A DNA stretch of 63,416 nt, filler included, from Choristocarpus tenellus KU-1152 (lineage: Eukaryota > Protista > Phaeophyceae), in assembly GCA_964200185.2 (NCBI GenBank). It is 8 parts of 8 records of this genome, joined end to end, with 100 filler letters (N's around TTAATTAATTAA, not from the genome) between each part and the next. Parts side by side here need not be neighbours in the genome. Positions count along the whole stretch, not along the records: positions 1 to 18,683 come from CAXNAD020000524.1; 7 more parts are not named here. One strand, given 5' to 3'. Under the pieces are notes generated by a model, which made no database searches, was not told the DNA's origin, and worked only from the letters and a program-made list of their open reading frames with translations. Positions 1-17,376 of the stretch are shown here, piece by piece. The stretch's first letter is position 1, and each line of letters starts with the position of its first letter. The translations under genes were made by a program, and so were the position numbers.

Positions 1-488
1 TTGTTGCCCCTGTTCCCCCCCCGAGGGCATTGTATTCCAGTCATGTTTTTTCTTACAGTTTTTCTTCCCCCCCCCCCCCCCCCCCACCCTCCTTCTCACA
101 CATGCATGTCTATACTGGCAGCAGCTGAACATGGTGTTTAAGCTCATTAGCCTGGTTAGCAACACCCGAGTCATGCAGACTTTACACAACCCAAACTCTC
201 CTCCCATGAGCAACACAGATGGTGTCCACCAAATCACATCATCCACAAACAAGCTGCAGCCAGCTTTCATGCCAACACCTCCCCGCCAACCAGCCTGTAA
301 AGAAGTTTTCGCCTTACCCACCACCTTTACCCATGACATCACACCATAATGCTTCCAGCAAGACTGACCTGACCCCACCTCGACCCACTCCTGTCTCCAC
401 CCCCACACAATGGGGGGTAGAGTAGCAGAAAGATGCAGGGGGCGCAATGGGAAGGGGCTTCGGAACTGCTAACAAAAATGTTGCCACT

Positions 489-5071
<4,583 letters not shown>

Positions 5072-5369
5072 TTGCCTGTTCTTCCGCAGTGAACGTGTTG
5101 GTAGTATTCTTTATAACCTCGCGCGCAACACAACCTCTCAGTGGCATAGCATTGCGTGCCAACAGTTGTAAGCTTAATCTAGGAAATAAATATTTCCACT
5201 GCTAGACATGTGTCCAAGTGTGTCGATCTATGCACGACTGAAGTTCATATCAGGGAGTCAGTCTCGGGTGGAGTGGAAAATCGATCTAGTTAACTACTCC
5301 AGATTAAAGTCATTATCGCCAACGTGACACCCAACCTTAACCAACCAACCCTCAACCAGCAAGGAGGGA

Positions 5370-5800
5370 TTTTTAAAGAGAAAATGTGGGACGAGGATAG
5401 ACCACAAGGTCTGTTCGACAAACATAGGGGAGGGATGGGATCTCGTTCTCAATCGTCCCAAAGTTCTCGTTACTAAACAACTCCCCAGGACTAGAAGAGG
5501 TCTGTACATAGACCAAGATGAACCAATGCCCATAGAATACACTAAATTTTATCTTTGACCGCAGAGTGACCAGCTCAAGTCTACTTGTCCATCTCCATTG
5601 TTGGCATTCTGATCGAAAGCATCGTTGGCCCCCAACAAACTTGACCTTCTTGACATAAAATCTATGTAGCGAAAGAGATAATAACTCCACGCACCATGAT
5701 TCCAAGCTGCTCAGGAGTAAAATCTGAGTCTCCCCCTCTAGTGCTGCTCTCTGTCCTGGCTATGCCGAGTCAAAGATCAGTGTTGGATGAAAACCTTATT
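5370..5800 (-). pseudogene. Degenerate RT fragment of an RLE/CRE-like non-LTR retrotransposon
   Basis: Frame-shifted pieces PEQLGIMVRG, VELLSLSL, GHWFILV and TIENEIPSLPYVCRT resemble the QxGVxVxGGVE and GNWLVLTDxxNAFN region of this LINE class. Recognised by eye. Confidence 0.4.
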
Positions 5801-7100
5801 TCGATTATGGTGTGGGGTGGTCAAGCCCACAAAATGACCGCGCAAATCGCGATCTTTGCGCGCACGCCAAAGAAGGATATATATTCGTGGTGTTGTGGTG
5901 TGATATACTAAGGGTAATTGTGTATTTCAAAGTACAAGTGTAAAATGCACTATAATAGAGAATATGTGGTTGTAGTGAAAGAAGTACCCTAGGCAAAGGG
6001 ATATGGCAAGGCTATCGTTCCCGGCAACCTTCCAGCTGAGCTGGTAGAACTCGGCCTACAGGAGGATGCGGCTATCCTCCAGGGTTTCCATAAGGTTGAG
6101 TTAGTTGGCTGTGTAGAACTAGGAAGTTGTGTCATAGACCTCAACATCACTCATCACTGTTCTCTACAAGAAGGAGGAGCATGGTGGTTGTGGTAACTAC
6201 AGGGAAATCTCATTGGTGGCACATGCTGGCAATGTCCTTCTCGAGGTTGTTGCGCGGCGACTTGGAGATTACCTGGAACGGGAGAACATATTTCGTGAGG
6301 AACAGTGCGGTTCATGGCCCCGACCCTCCACAACAATGGACATTATAAACACTACTGTACTTACGTTGCAACAACCTGGCCGGGTAAAAGCATGCACCCC
6401 AATTCATGTGTCTTATCGATCTATAGAAAGCGTATGACTCTGTTGATCGTGATCTCCTGTGGGTTATGGTAGCTAAATTTGGCGTACCTACAGATTATTT
6501 CTGTCCCGCCAATTGGAGGATGATGTGGAATGAAAGCATATGTTCACATCGACGATGGCGAGCGTACACACTGGTTCGAAGTTGGACAGCGTCTTCGGCA
6601 GGGGTGTGTTCTTGCTCCAATCCTCTTAATTTCTTATTCACTGTAGTGCTAAGTGTAGCAGTTAAGGAGTTCACCTCTGAGCCATCCATCTCCAAGGATC
6701 TTTCTGTCATCAAGAGAGTGGCCACACGCCACCAGATCAGAAGAGGAGCATCAGGGAGTGGGATAACACTTGAGCAACTGTTGTGGGGTATACTTTATGC
6801 TAATCATGTGGGCATTGTCTTCAAGACCCAAAAGGGTTTGACTAGGGTGATGACAGTAATCATGAAGGTGGCCATGTCATTCAGTCTGATTGTTGCCATT
6901 GAAGAAGACCATGTGTCTTCAGTCTCCTAATCAGACTACAGAAACCATGCAGATCGAGGCACTGAACCAGATCTGCAAGCAGGCTGGTATGTTTGTTTAC
7001 CTAGGGTGAACCATCAGTACAAAGTCGCTATCACTCCTGAGACCAGCTGGAGGATACAGAAAGCTTGGAGTTATGTTTACAAATACCTCTAAGTAGTTTA

Positions 7101-7362
7101 TGAACCAAGCATCTTCTTAGAGGGTACGAGTTTTGCCCTGTTTGTCCGTTTGGGGCTTGGCTTCCCACGGGTTATTTATGACATTTTTCCTACTCCTAAA
7201 CGTTTCAGAGTAGGTAAAATATATACGTTATGAAAAGGTGTGCCTGGAAAAAGGATATTGATACTTCCTAACTAACGCAATACCCAAAACTGCATCAAAA
7301 TCGCAACATAGGATTTTGACCCCCAAACGGACACGGCTCTACCCTCTAAGATACTTCGACTC
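7101..7362. mobile_element. MITE subfamily 1 (PIF/Harbinger/Tourist-like), TTA target-site duplication
   Basis: TIR core TCTTAGAGGGTA / TACCCTCTAAGATACTT, with TTA at 7098-7100 and 7363-7365. Removing the element restores the LINE codons gta gtt tat gac agg (VVYDR). Truncated copies lie at 18615-18683 and 33356-33410. Confidence 0.8.
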
Positions 7363-7431
7363 TTATGACAGGATCTAAGATGTATCACTCGAGCTCAAGA
7401 TTCAAACGCTCGAGGCTGAGTTGCTTGGAGC

Positions 7432-8367
7432 TATAGACAGTTCAACCACAGGAACTGATCCATGATGGCTCGTAAGGACTCAACCCCATCTTGGGGCTTA
7501 CAGGTCTGTTATCTGTTAAGGGAGTGAGCATAGATCCAGTCAAGCATCACATATGCTCCAAAAAAAATATAATGCAAACGCCTCAGCTATCATAGGAAAA
7601 CCATCCATGGTGTGTCTACAACACCCGCAGGGCCAAGCATGCTACCAATAGTAGCAAAACTGCCAGCTCGACAAAGAACAGCATACAATATCCAACTCAA
7701 ATGTCAATCTTGTACTGCTGCCTAATTGCATTGTGCACTTGAGCATGCAACTTCAGTTTCTTCAACTGTTTGCATAGAAAGACAGCCGCTCCACCATTGC
7801 TGCTCTGCGACGATGCCCAGCTTCACCAATGTGTGCACACAACATCAGGCGTGTCCACAGATCCTTGACCTTATCAGGATTCCATGGTGGGGCTGCAACC
7901 TCAGCACCCACCTGCATCATCCTTCTCAGCAAGTATCTCAACCCATGGAGGTTGATTATGCTGCACTATCTGCAATTTAGACCAATCAGTCTCACGCAAC
8001 CCCCCCAGGCTGCACCAGGTCCATCTCCTTCGTTCATTGACATATTGGACCCTGTCAATCAAGTAACCATGCTGGTTTCTGCCCGGTTGTGTGCACTCCA
8101 AGCTCCCGCGATCACGTGTTGGCCTTCCCCAGTCAATTCTAGTGCTGTGGTTGATACTTCTCGAGAATTCAATTGAATTATAGACATTTCAACCACAGGA
8201 ACTGATCTATGATGGCTTGTAAGGACTCCACCCTACGTTGGGGCTTGCAGCTCTGTTATTTGTTAAGGGAGGGAGCATAGATCCAGTCAAGCATCACATA
8301 TGCTCCAAACATCAAATAATGCAAACGCCTCAGCTATGTTAAGAAAACCCTCCATGCTGTGTCTACA
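7432..8367 (-). mobile_element. Miniature non-autonomous LTR element (TRIM-like or internally deleted Copia) with two 189-bp LTRs
   Basis: Direct repeats at 7432-7620 and 8179-8367, each TATAGACA...TGTCTACA. Flanking duplication GAGC(T) at 7428-7431 and 8368-8371. The 558-bp internal region has weak Copia RNase H-like remnants on the minus strand and a PPT-like CTGCGGGTGT next to the 7432 LTR. Confidence 0.85.
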
Positions 8368-10319
8368 GAGCTTTGCTACACGGTCAAAAAACGTGGACAT
8401 TCCACCATTTTCATTTCCTGATGCTCTGTTCTCATCACCATAAATACTTCTCCTGTATAAATAAGTTTCAGCAAACGGGAATGCACTGCTCATGTCCTGT
8501 CTGAAGATATGCTCTTGTGAAGACTGGGTGTGAGAGTATGGAGGCAATGATGCACAAAAGGAGACTCCTTTACTTTTGCTGGATCAGTGGCATGCATGGA
8601 GGATTAGCAACTTCCCAAGGTCTTGATGTTTGGGGAACTTGTAACTGGAAAACCTAAGCAAAGTGGACACGAGAGGAACAAGTGGACGTGTTTCTAAGAT
8701 AACCTTGACAAACTTGATATTGCAGTAAATAAGCGTTGGAGCACCAGGACCACTAACCAACACAAGTGGTACGAGTGTATCTGCTGGAACAACGGGCTTC
8801 ACGGCCAAATGTCATCCCATGGAAGTTGTGCTAGGCACTGTCCTTCATGCTAAAACAGCCGTTAAGGTTGCCCAAGTCACCAACCCCACCATAATCACGG
8901 TCTACTGAATGCAGTTTTCTTATAAGTTCTCTTTTTGGGTTGCTTTTCTTGCATCTGTTGTTCGAATTTTTCATTTTATTCTCCCCTTCAGTTATTTTTG
9001 GGTGATTTAATAGTGTTCTTTCTGCTGTGTGTGTGTATTGTTGTGTTTTTCTTTCTTCTACCGTATTATTTTTGTTTGCTGACCCTTGTTACCTTCTTCT
9101 CTATCAGTGTGTATTGCCTTCTTTGGACTATCTTTCCAACCAGTGGTGTTGAATCCTGGAGACAAATATGGCGATATTTTTGGCAATGCAACTGTGTGTA
9201 GGTTCCTAGTGTGGATAGATTTGGTTTCTTGTTTTCCAATCTAGTTGGGATCCTGGAAGGCGTTCATTGCAACCATTACTGTCAAACTCTAATAATTGTT
9301 TGCTTTACTCTAACAACAAATACAGTGTATTACTATACCCACTGACACTCTACAGTTGTCACGAAGGGAACAAGAAGAATCACCAAAGGCGAAGAATACG
9401 ACAAACACGACAACAACAGTCTCTATAGCTTGTAGTAAAGGCCTTCTGCAATACACCAACGGGAGTTGCAGTAGTGTATCTCAAACAAAAAAACAAGAAA
9501 CATTCAAAGATGAATACATACAGCTGAAGCTACTCCTAGACTGACACTATGAAGGTGTTCTCAAAATTACCGATATATGAATTCGACAACAGAGTATGTG
9601 TTGCTCACAATTGAAGGAGTTCCAATACACCAACAGAAATACCGTCGAACATTAAAGATATATTTGTAAAAAGAAAAATGAACTAATACTAGGAATCTAC
9701 CAATACTACTTGCTACTACTGAGCCAAAGTAAACGAGAGGTACCCAGATTTTGACCGTTTTGCATATTGAGCCAGTTTTCGATTTTTTACAATTCACCCA
9801 TATTTCTATGATGAAGGTTTATTCTTGAATTGAGAAGAGTTGATTTCTCTATTTTATTATTATGCCCTCTGACATTTTGCAGATGTGTCAGGGGGAAACC
9901 AATGAAAACTATATACATATGTGTATGAACATTGGCTTGTCTCCTCTTCAACGGCCACGTTCACATCAATAAGGAGAACTATATTTCAGGAATGTGAAAT
10001 TATGGGATTTAGGTACAAGAATATTAAAACCCGAAATACTCAAAAGGGTCTAAATAGATCCCCCTCTCTGAGATGGCTCGTTTGTTGTTCTCTTCAGTGA
10101 GCCTTTTTCTCCCCCATATCACCTGCAAAATGTGAGCCATCGTATCTTAGAGGGGGAATAAATCATGTTGCAAGGGGTAAGAAAGACAGCTTAGAGTGCA
10201 GAAGGGTCCAAAGCTGCCTACCTCTCGATTGGTTTGGCTCTTGGTAATAATAATAACGTGTGATACAAATAATATATACATATATTTTCCTTTTTTGGTG
10301 TACTATGTAAATTTTTCGA

Positions 10320-10497
10320 GATTCAAACTATGTGAGGGAGGAGGGGGGGTCTACGCCAGGGTGTCATTTGGGGCATAACCAGGAAAAGTGCACTTACATT
10401 ATCCATCCAATGTATGCAACCAAATCACGCAAAAATCGCGACATAAAAAAATTGGCCCCAAATGGACAGTCGCACACCCCCCCAGATACTTTGAGGC
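10320..10497. mobile_element. MITE subfamily 2 (~178 bp)
   Basis: TIR (G)NNYCAAAGTATCTGGGGG / CCCCCAGATACTTTG and internal AAGTGCACTTACATTATCCATCC, shared with the copies at 49642-49823 and 62245-62422. Confidence 0.85.
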
Positions 10498-11199
10498 TGA
10501 GGCAACAGATGTTACATCTCCTGCTCAATCCCACTCAGAGCCAAATCAATGGAGTGGTGGACAAGTTTGGATCCATTTGCATTCCAAGCTATCTTCTTTG
10601 CTTTATGTGCACAATTGTGTACGCAAAAATCGATATTACCCCTTTCCACACACAAAATTAACACCACAATTCAACAAAGAAGGCTCTTTCTGAAATTGTA
10701 CATACGACTCTTTTTGCCCTTTCTCGGGATCCTTAAAATGCAACCCTCCACAACTCTCAGTTGATTTGACTCTGAGTGGTTTACGAACATTTATCAAGGA
10801 GGTCAAAAAGGAGGAGCACGCATCTAAATTTTGGGCTTTGCATGAGACGTATTCAATATCTTGAGCGTGAAGAGCAAGTGCCAGTATAGCATATATATTA
10901 TGTTAAATTTCACATAATTATATTTTTATGTTGCACTTACCATAGGGTTACAATGTCGTAACGAACGGGCGTTACCTAAAATACCTACCGTATATACACT
11001 TCTATTCCATAGCCGCCCAAGCAATAACAAAAACCGATACCCCAGAAGGGCCCAGAATGGAAAGTGACTCAGCAAACGCAGGCTTAAGACTTTGTGGTTT
11101 CTCCGATCTCAGTCCTTTTTGAGCAAACAGTGCTTGGATCTTACTTATTTTCCCTCTTTTTCTGTTTTCTTTCTCGATGTTTCCCACTTCACTTAGTTG

Positions 11200-13900
11200 A
11201 TGACGTGTATCGAGGAAGATTTTTTCATAGAGAACATGATGAGCCAACAGACTGACGGAGAAAGTTCTGGTTGGTTCAGGGGTATATAGTCCCCACACAG
11301 GGATGCTTGTCTGGTGCATCTGCCTCAGCCTGGTGTGCCATTATTGAAAATAACAAGATGACCGAGCATTTGTCCTAGTGACCACTATGCTGTTCACTGA
11401 GTCAGAGGTAGTCTATACGTAGTAGAAGACTCCCTCTGAACAATGTTTGCTTTATTGCAACGTACTGGGGGAGGTGCTACAGGCAGGGCTCCTGCACTTG
11501 GCAGACCTTTGCCTTCCCATGAACCTTTCCTAAAAGTCCACCTTGACAAGAGGTGTTGACTCATTAGTATGACAAGATAAACACAAAACTTGATAATCGA
11601 GGACTCTTCCTCAGAGGTTGTGGTTATATCTTCTGAGGTCTGTGTCTGCACCAATGAACTTGGGCAGGCTCCATGGCAGCCTACTACCGTTACCTGTCAT
11701 GCTACTTGATGAACGACAATAACAGGAGCATCCAGCTCTGCTATTCCATGTTCTATGCCTGTGGAATATCCAGTAGGACAAGAAATCAATATAGAGATCT
11801 GCAATTCACGTTCATTTGGAACAACGAGTCATGGGCTATGTATCTCATAACTGCAGTATATGCCCTTCTTGCAGACTACTGCATATCACAATATAGTATA
11901 CGACGTGCTATTCAAATACTATAATAATACTTCCAATTATTATATACATTTGTGTATATAGATGTAGCCATGCTTGGTCAATTTGGAACTTGATCAACAA
12001 GGAGACACAGGAATCACCACCAAAAAATCAAGTCTTGGGGATTGTGGGGGGAGTGCTATGTTTTTATTTTGTACCTTATTACAGTACTGAAAGATAAACG
12101 ACAAAGTACCCATAGTGAGTAGTTAAGCGTCATTTCAGAACGCTTCCAAACTACTCCGTATCAATAATAAAGCTCTAGCTACTCTGATATCCAGTTGGTT
12201 CGTACAATATTGTGTGCACAGGTCGGTTTGTACCATACAAACCTTCGTGAATGCATACTTATCTAGGTGGAAGTTTTAAACTCCCCTCCATAAGTATCGG
12301 TGATTGCTGCAACTTACAACAGAACCTCTGATAGAGTTGTAGATACCTGTCACCAGAAGCATCGCTCACTCATACAGTCGTAACTGTGGTTGTCAGAACC
12401 TACGTTTACCCCTAATCGGGACCCACCTGCAACTATACCTACAATCCAACCATTCAAAAAAGCATTGAGAAGTCGACCCAGAACATGATTTGTCTCTTGT
12501 TGACTCTGTGATCTCTCAAGTATGGGGGTTTCACACTTACCACAAGGATACCAAAATGTTTCCCTCCCTATATATCCTCGCCAAAAAACGCCACCAATGG
12601 CAAGATCTTGCCCCATAGGTGAATAATTCCACCCACTACAATGAGTCAACGATATATGGAACACTTAGAACTATTGATATATTTTTTACTTACACTAGAG
12701 TTACCGTCTCTCACACAAGCAATGAGCTTCTGTAATGTGATGCAGTGAACACAGGCTGAGCTCAGTACAGTCCATGCCGATTTTGTTTGCAGCATGCAAT
12801 ATGGGCACACACTTCCTCTCTTCCGGTGTCCGTAAGGTTGTCAACTGGCAAAAAAAATCAGCCATAATAATTGGGCATGCGTCTAGATTATACGAATAGT
12901 ACTATATATCAAAATTCAGTACTTCTGAGAATGTTCCTTCATATTCAACCACTCCAAACCCTTGAGTCAGCCTGCATACAAAGCCCTGTTGATACTACAT
13001 CACCAGTGAGTACCCTGCACACACGCTCATATCTATAATACCACCCTTGTCGGCTAATGATTGGTTGTTGTTTGACTTAATGTATTTGGAGCAGACTCCA
13101 CTTACCATCTTGACCCCTACTTGTACCCCTGGATATAGTAGGCTCAGAACAAATGGTTTCCTATGTAGACGGCCTTTCATAGGGTGGGCTGAGTTGGATG
13201 CTGGAGCAATCCCAGTTGGAGGCACTCACTATTTCACTTCTTACCTTTGACCGTCCTCATGATTGATTCTATATGTAGGTGATCGAGCCGAGTCAGAAGG
13301 ACATAATACAACATCAAAATCTGTACATAGAGAACTGCCTATCTACCACTAATAATCGATATGAAAAATCGATTCATTTTGCACCCTTTTCAATCTCCTC
13401 AGTATTGACAATATTCTGACTTCGCGCACCCTGGTAAACCTTGGTTGAAATCCAGGGCTTGGATCCACCCTGTAGGGTTGTCGTTTTCCTTGCCTTCCTG
13501 TTTGGATGTCTGAAACCATAATGTCCACCTATATTGATTAAGCGCTGTTAACTAATGCTCAGTGGGTACAAGAGAACACGACTTAGCTTGGGTTGTACTT
13601 ATCAAGCACTCAGTACAAGAGCCCCAAATCCATCCATTTCAAGGTTTCCACTACAACCACAAGGGGATGTTCTTTATCTTCAAAGACCTGCATGTAGTGT
13701 AGGGAATTCTAAACAATCAAAACCGATACTAGGGGTGGCACCTCAGCTTAAATGTTGTGTTAATATCAACACGTTATTTTGCATTCTCCTTCCCATCCAA
13801 CTATTGACAGGAGTTCTGAATGGCAACAAGGGTCTGATTTGAGGAAATTCTCTGTGGCATAGCCAAGGGGCCAGTTTCCTGCACTCTTAACCTTCAGCCC
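11200..13900 (-). pseudogene. Highly degenerate Ty3/Gypsy pol remnant (RNase H, integrase, possible chromodomain)
   Basis: In pol order along the minus strand: KEHPLVVVVETLKW (RNase H-like, ~13660), PILERSQSQQETNHVLGRLLNAFLN (like the integrase HPQTDGQSERTNxxLE, ~12460-12530), NIVQRESSTTYRL (GPY/F module, ~11410-11450) and PVWGLYTPEP (chromodomain-like, ~11280). Confidence 0.55.
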
Positions 13901-14544
13901 TACAAGTATGTGTTTGTGAAACTACCTATTCATGTCATCATGTATTGTAGTAACGAGTAAATGAGAGGTAAAGTGGAAGAGACACATTTGAAAGCTGCAG
14001 ATATATTGTCACAATGTTCAAAGCCTTGCCTTCTTGTCAATGCATATTGGACTGGAATTTGATTTGCAACAGACCCTTGCCAATATTCTCACAGCATATT
14101 AAGGTATCGTTGGTAGGCACTGTACTATTATATTGTACTATTATATTAAAAACCTGTTGGTGTTCGGCATCGCCTCCTTCATCTACGGTAATCACTCAAC
14201 TGGAACACAATTTCAACATCACACAGGAAAGACAGGCAACAGACTCATACACAGATCAAAACCACTACTCTTGTGCTCATTTGTAAATACTAGGCACTTA
14301 ACCCCTGTCTGTAGCAACAAGGTTTTTCAATTCAAGCATGTCGATGCATCATAAGATCCCTTTAACAGTGATGCCAATGCTGAGAAAGGAACATAAGGAC
14401 ACAACCACCCTGCGGGCAGGCACAATTATGCCCCACAAGGCAAGCATCAAACATCAACCGTGCACATCCACTTCAGTATGTCAAACAAGGTGTTCAAAGG
14501 CATAGCCACCTCTTGCAAAGGTGTAATCCACAATGAGATGTCTC

Positions 14545-17376
14545 CTAAACTGTTAGTATTTCAGTCTTCTTCTTCTCAAGCATCTTACTGGCCTCACCCT
14601 CTGATTGCTGGGTGAGTTGGTCGATCTGCCGGCAATTACATTAGAGAGAGTCAGTACCTGTGCAATCATCAATATCAATCCCTTTCCATTCCCTAACACT
14701 GTTCCAACAAGGGGAAAATACACTCAGGGAAAAAACAACTTGATGGACCATACACTACTGAAAGCTTTCAGCATAGTCCCTTTGTCAGTGGTAGTGAAAG
14801 GCAAACTTCAAAATCATGAGTGCCTTTGCCTGTATCTGATCTGATGCACCTCATACATCTCAGTGGTGTATTGTTTACTCCATATTAGGTCAAAAATATG
14901 TAACTCCTACCTAGAACAAGACATTTCAGGATTAAGCCTTCTAAGCTAGGGTATAATCCACACTTAGTCCAAACCTACTGAATCTACACAATCAGAGCAT
15001 ACATAGGCAAGAGTGTAAACACCCGTGATACTTATGAAGTGCTTGCCCCTAGAACGTTTTCTTGAGCAAAAAAAATAAAGAGGATATATTTTGTCATGAT
15101 GGTAGGGAAGGGGAGATAATCACTCACTTCTTTGAGACGGATGTGCACATCATCCGAGGGGAATTGGTCCTTCTTCTTCTTCACCTTATCCACGACCTTA
15201 TGTCTGATACCACGAATCACAACTTTAGTCTTACCCACAGCAATGGTGGGGGTCAAAAGGTGGGCAACATACAGAGTGTAACGTAAACAAGCGAAATGTC
15301 AGTAAGCAAAACAAATAAGGTGTCATAAACAAACCTGCCCTCTGGCAGCAGGGGAAAATGATACCATCACTGAAGCAGTCCTTCCTCATAATGAGACAGA
15401 AAATAATCAGCAAACCTGCTGAGAAGATGTGTGGGCAGCATGCAACACTCTGAGGCAGAACTGTGCAACAACTCTCTAAGATGTGTCTGAGAGCCAAAAT
15501 GAGCCTATCTAGAACTCTGACCTTTTCTGTGTGCTTCGCAGCAACCTTTACAACAGCATCTCGAGATTCCTTGGTGGTCTTGGGGATGGGCACAGTTACT
15601 AAGGTTTCCCCATCGACAGACGGGTTGAGACCCATATCACAGTATCGCACTGCCTCAGCCACGGCTTCAGTCATCTGCTATGCCACCAAAGGTAGGGAAA
15701 AGTCACCATAACTTCATGGTATCATACCCTGGTAAATGTGCATAAGAACAAGAAATGAGTACAGGCATATCTATTCTGCTAAAACTCTAAATCTGTATGA
15801 AGGCTTATATATTTTCTTCTTGCTCTGTGAAGCTTTGACCTAGGAGATTGCGCCTTTGGGTCTTGGACCGTAACGGGTGCCCAAGCATACCTCTCCAAGC
15901 TGCATGGTGCAAATAGTGGGTGTCTGCAGTAGTCACTGTTGGCATTGTCTCATGTTGGGTACAACACAGGAATGTCCACCTCTTTCCAGCCTCCAACATG
16001 CAAGACGATGACAGAGAGTCGACTGATCCTTGACAGATATTAGACAGCAGATAAAATTGCCAGATCAATCTTCTTCACTCAAGATCACCCTCTTTGAGAT
16101 TACTGTACTACCTAGAAGTACACATTTGTGGTTAGGGGAGGAAATGCACTCTTACCCCTGGGTCGTACACCGTGAGCACCATTAGTTGTGGGCCCTTCAT
16201 GGACACCTGGGCAGCCTCCGACAAGTTAGAGGACGAGCCATACATATCTACTTTCAAGTGATCCAGCATTCCTGTCCGGGGTTGGTAGAGGCGAAAGGAG
16301 TCGCAAAAAGGGGAATCATGCAGCAGAATTCTGGTCATTCCACGTGGTGGCAGGTACTTCCAAGTGTAATATCTCCTATTTAGTGCTCTACCATGACAAC
16401 TGCAGGCTATTGTCTTTTTGAAATACTGAACAGAGGAAGCTTGTAGCTTGCAAACCACTGGAGTGAAGCGAACGATTGTTCAAGTGCATCATCCATGGGG
16501 GTATGCCCACCATGGATTTGGTCCTTGACTTGATATTACCAACATACGACCCCCAAACATCACCTACCCAACAGGTACAACCTGTGTACAAGCGTCTCAC
16601 ATCCGCTTGACTGAAAAACACAAGAATAATTCGCTTACCCGGATCAGCTTTCCCTCCACGCAACCCTTGGAAATCATGCTTGAGGGCCTGGAATGGCAGA
16701 AGGAGTATTGCTTCAATCACGGTGTAAGGCACATAGATGCGCACAATATAGCCCGCCGATTCACTCCATTTTCCAAGCATGTTAGAGAGAGTGCATTTGA
16801 ATCTACTCGAAAGGTGGCACAGTTCCTGAAGTAGAAATGATTTCTTGGAATAGAGTTGTTCACCCACAATACCGCAATGCGACGAGTCAACATACCTCAA
16901 GTACTCGCCCGTATCGCCGCTTGGTATCTTCGATGTTCGCGATGTCATCGAGATCCACCGATGCATCATCTTCACCATCGGCCGAACCTTTCTTATCCTG
17001 CCTACCACCCTTCCCTGCCTTCGCTGATTTACCTGTAGTGGCAGAGTCATGCAACTTTACTTTCACCCCAACTCAAGGAAGGTTTGAATAGAGGGGGGCG
17101 AGTCTAGGCTATATTCATTATGTAGTGTTTCCTACCTTTCTTTCCTCCATGTTTCAGCCGGAATTGGGTTAAGAGAGGCCACAATGGGAACTGCAACTTG
17201 GGTTTATAGTCAAGTCTCTCTGGTCCCAACAGTGGTAAGGTCTGGTACCTCAATTGCGGGCAATTAGTATATGCTAATCTGTTGAAGCACCGACCCAGCC
17301 AAGTCACGCCGCGTCCTTTCCATCCATGTAGGATGTTTTTTGGGTTCTTACATAGTCGAAAGACGGCCACACTCAT
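14545..17376 (-). CDS. frr: Organellar (probably mitochondrial) ribosome recycling factor, complete, 7 exons
   Basis: Exons 17136-17376, 16896-17032, 16639-16687, 16156-16271, 15522-15674, 15128-15229 and 14545-14625, all phase-consistent. Motifs ALKHDFQGLRGGKADPGMLDHLKVDMYG, LSEAAQVS, MGLNPSVDG...VPIPKTTKESR, KVVIRGIRH and IDQLTQ...KKKTEILTV*. The basic N-terminal extension resembles a targeting presequence (inference). Confidence 0.93.

Larger units (their letters stand above)
5960..8890 (+). mobile_element. Degenerate RTE-like LINE (RT plus C-terminal region), interrupted by a MITE (7101-7362) and an LTR element (7432-8367)
   Basis: [38 protein letters not shown] (6190-6310), LWGILYANHVGIV (YADD-like, ~6780), VVYDR..SLELKIQTLEAELLGA|LLHGQKTW joined across both insertions, and PKVLMFGELVTG...DNLDKLDI...KWYE (8610-8780). 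Many stops and frameshifts. Confidence 0.85.
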
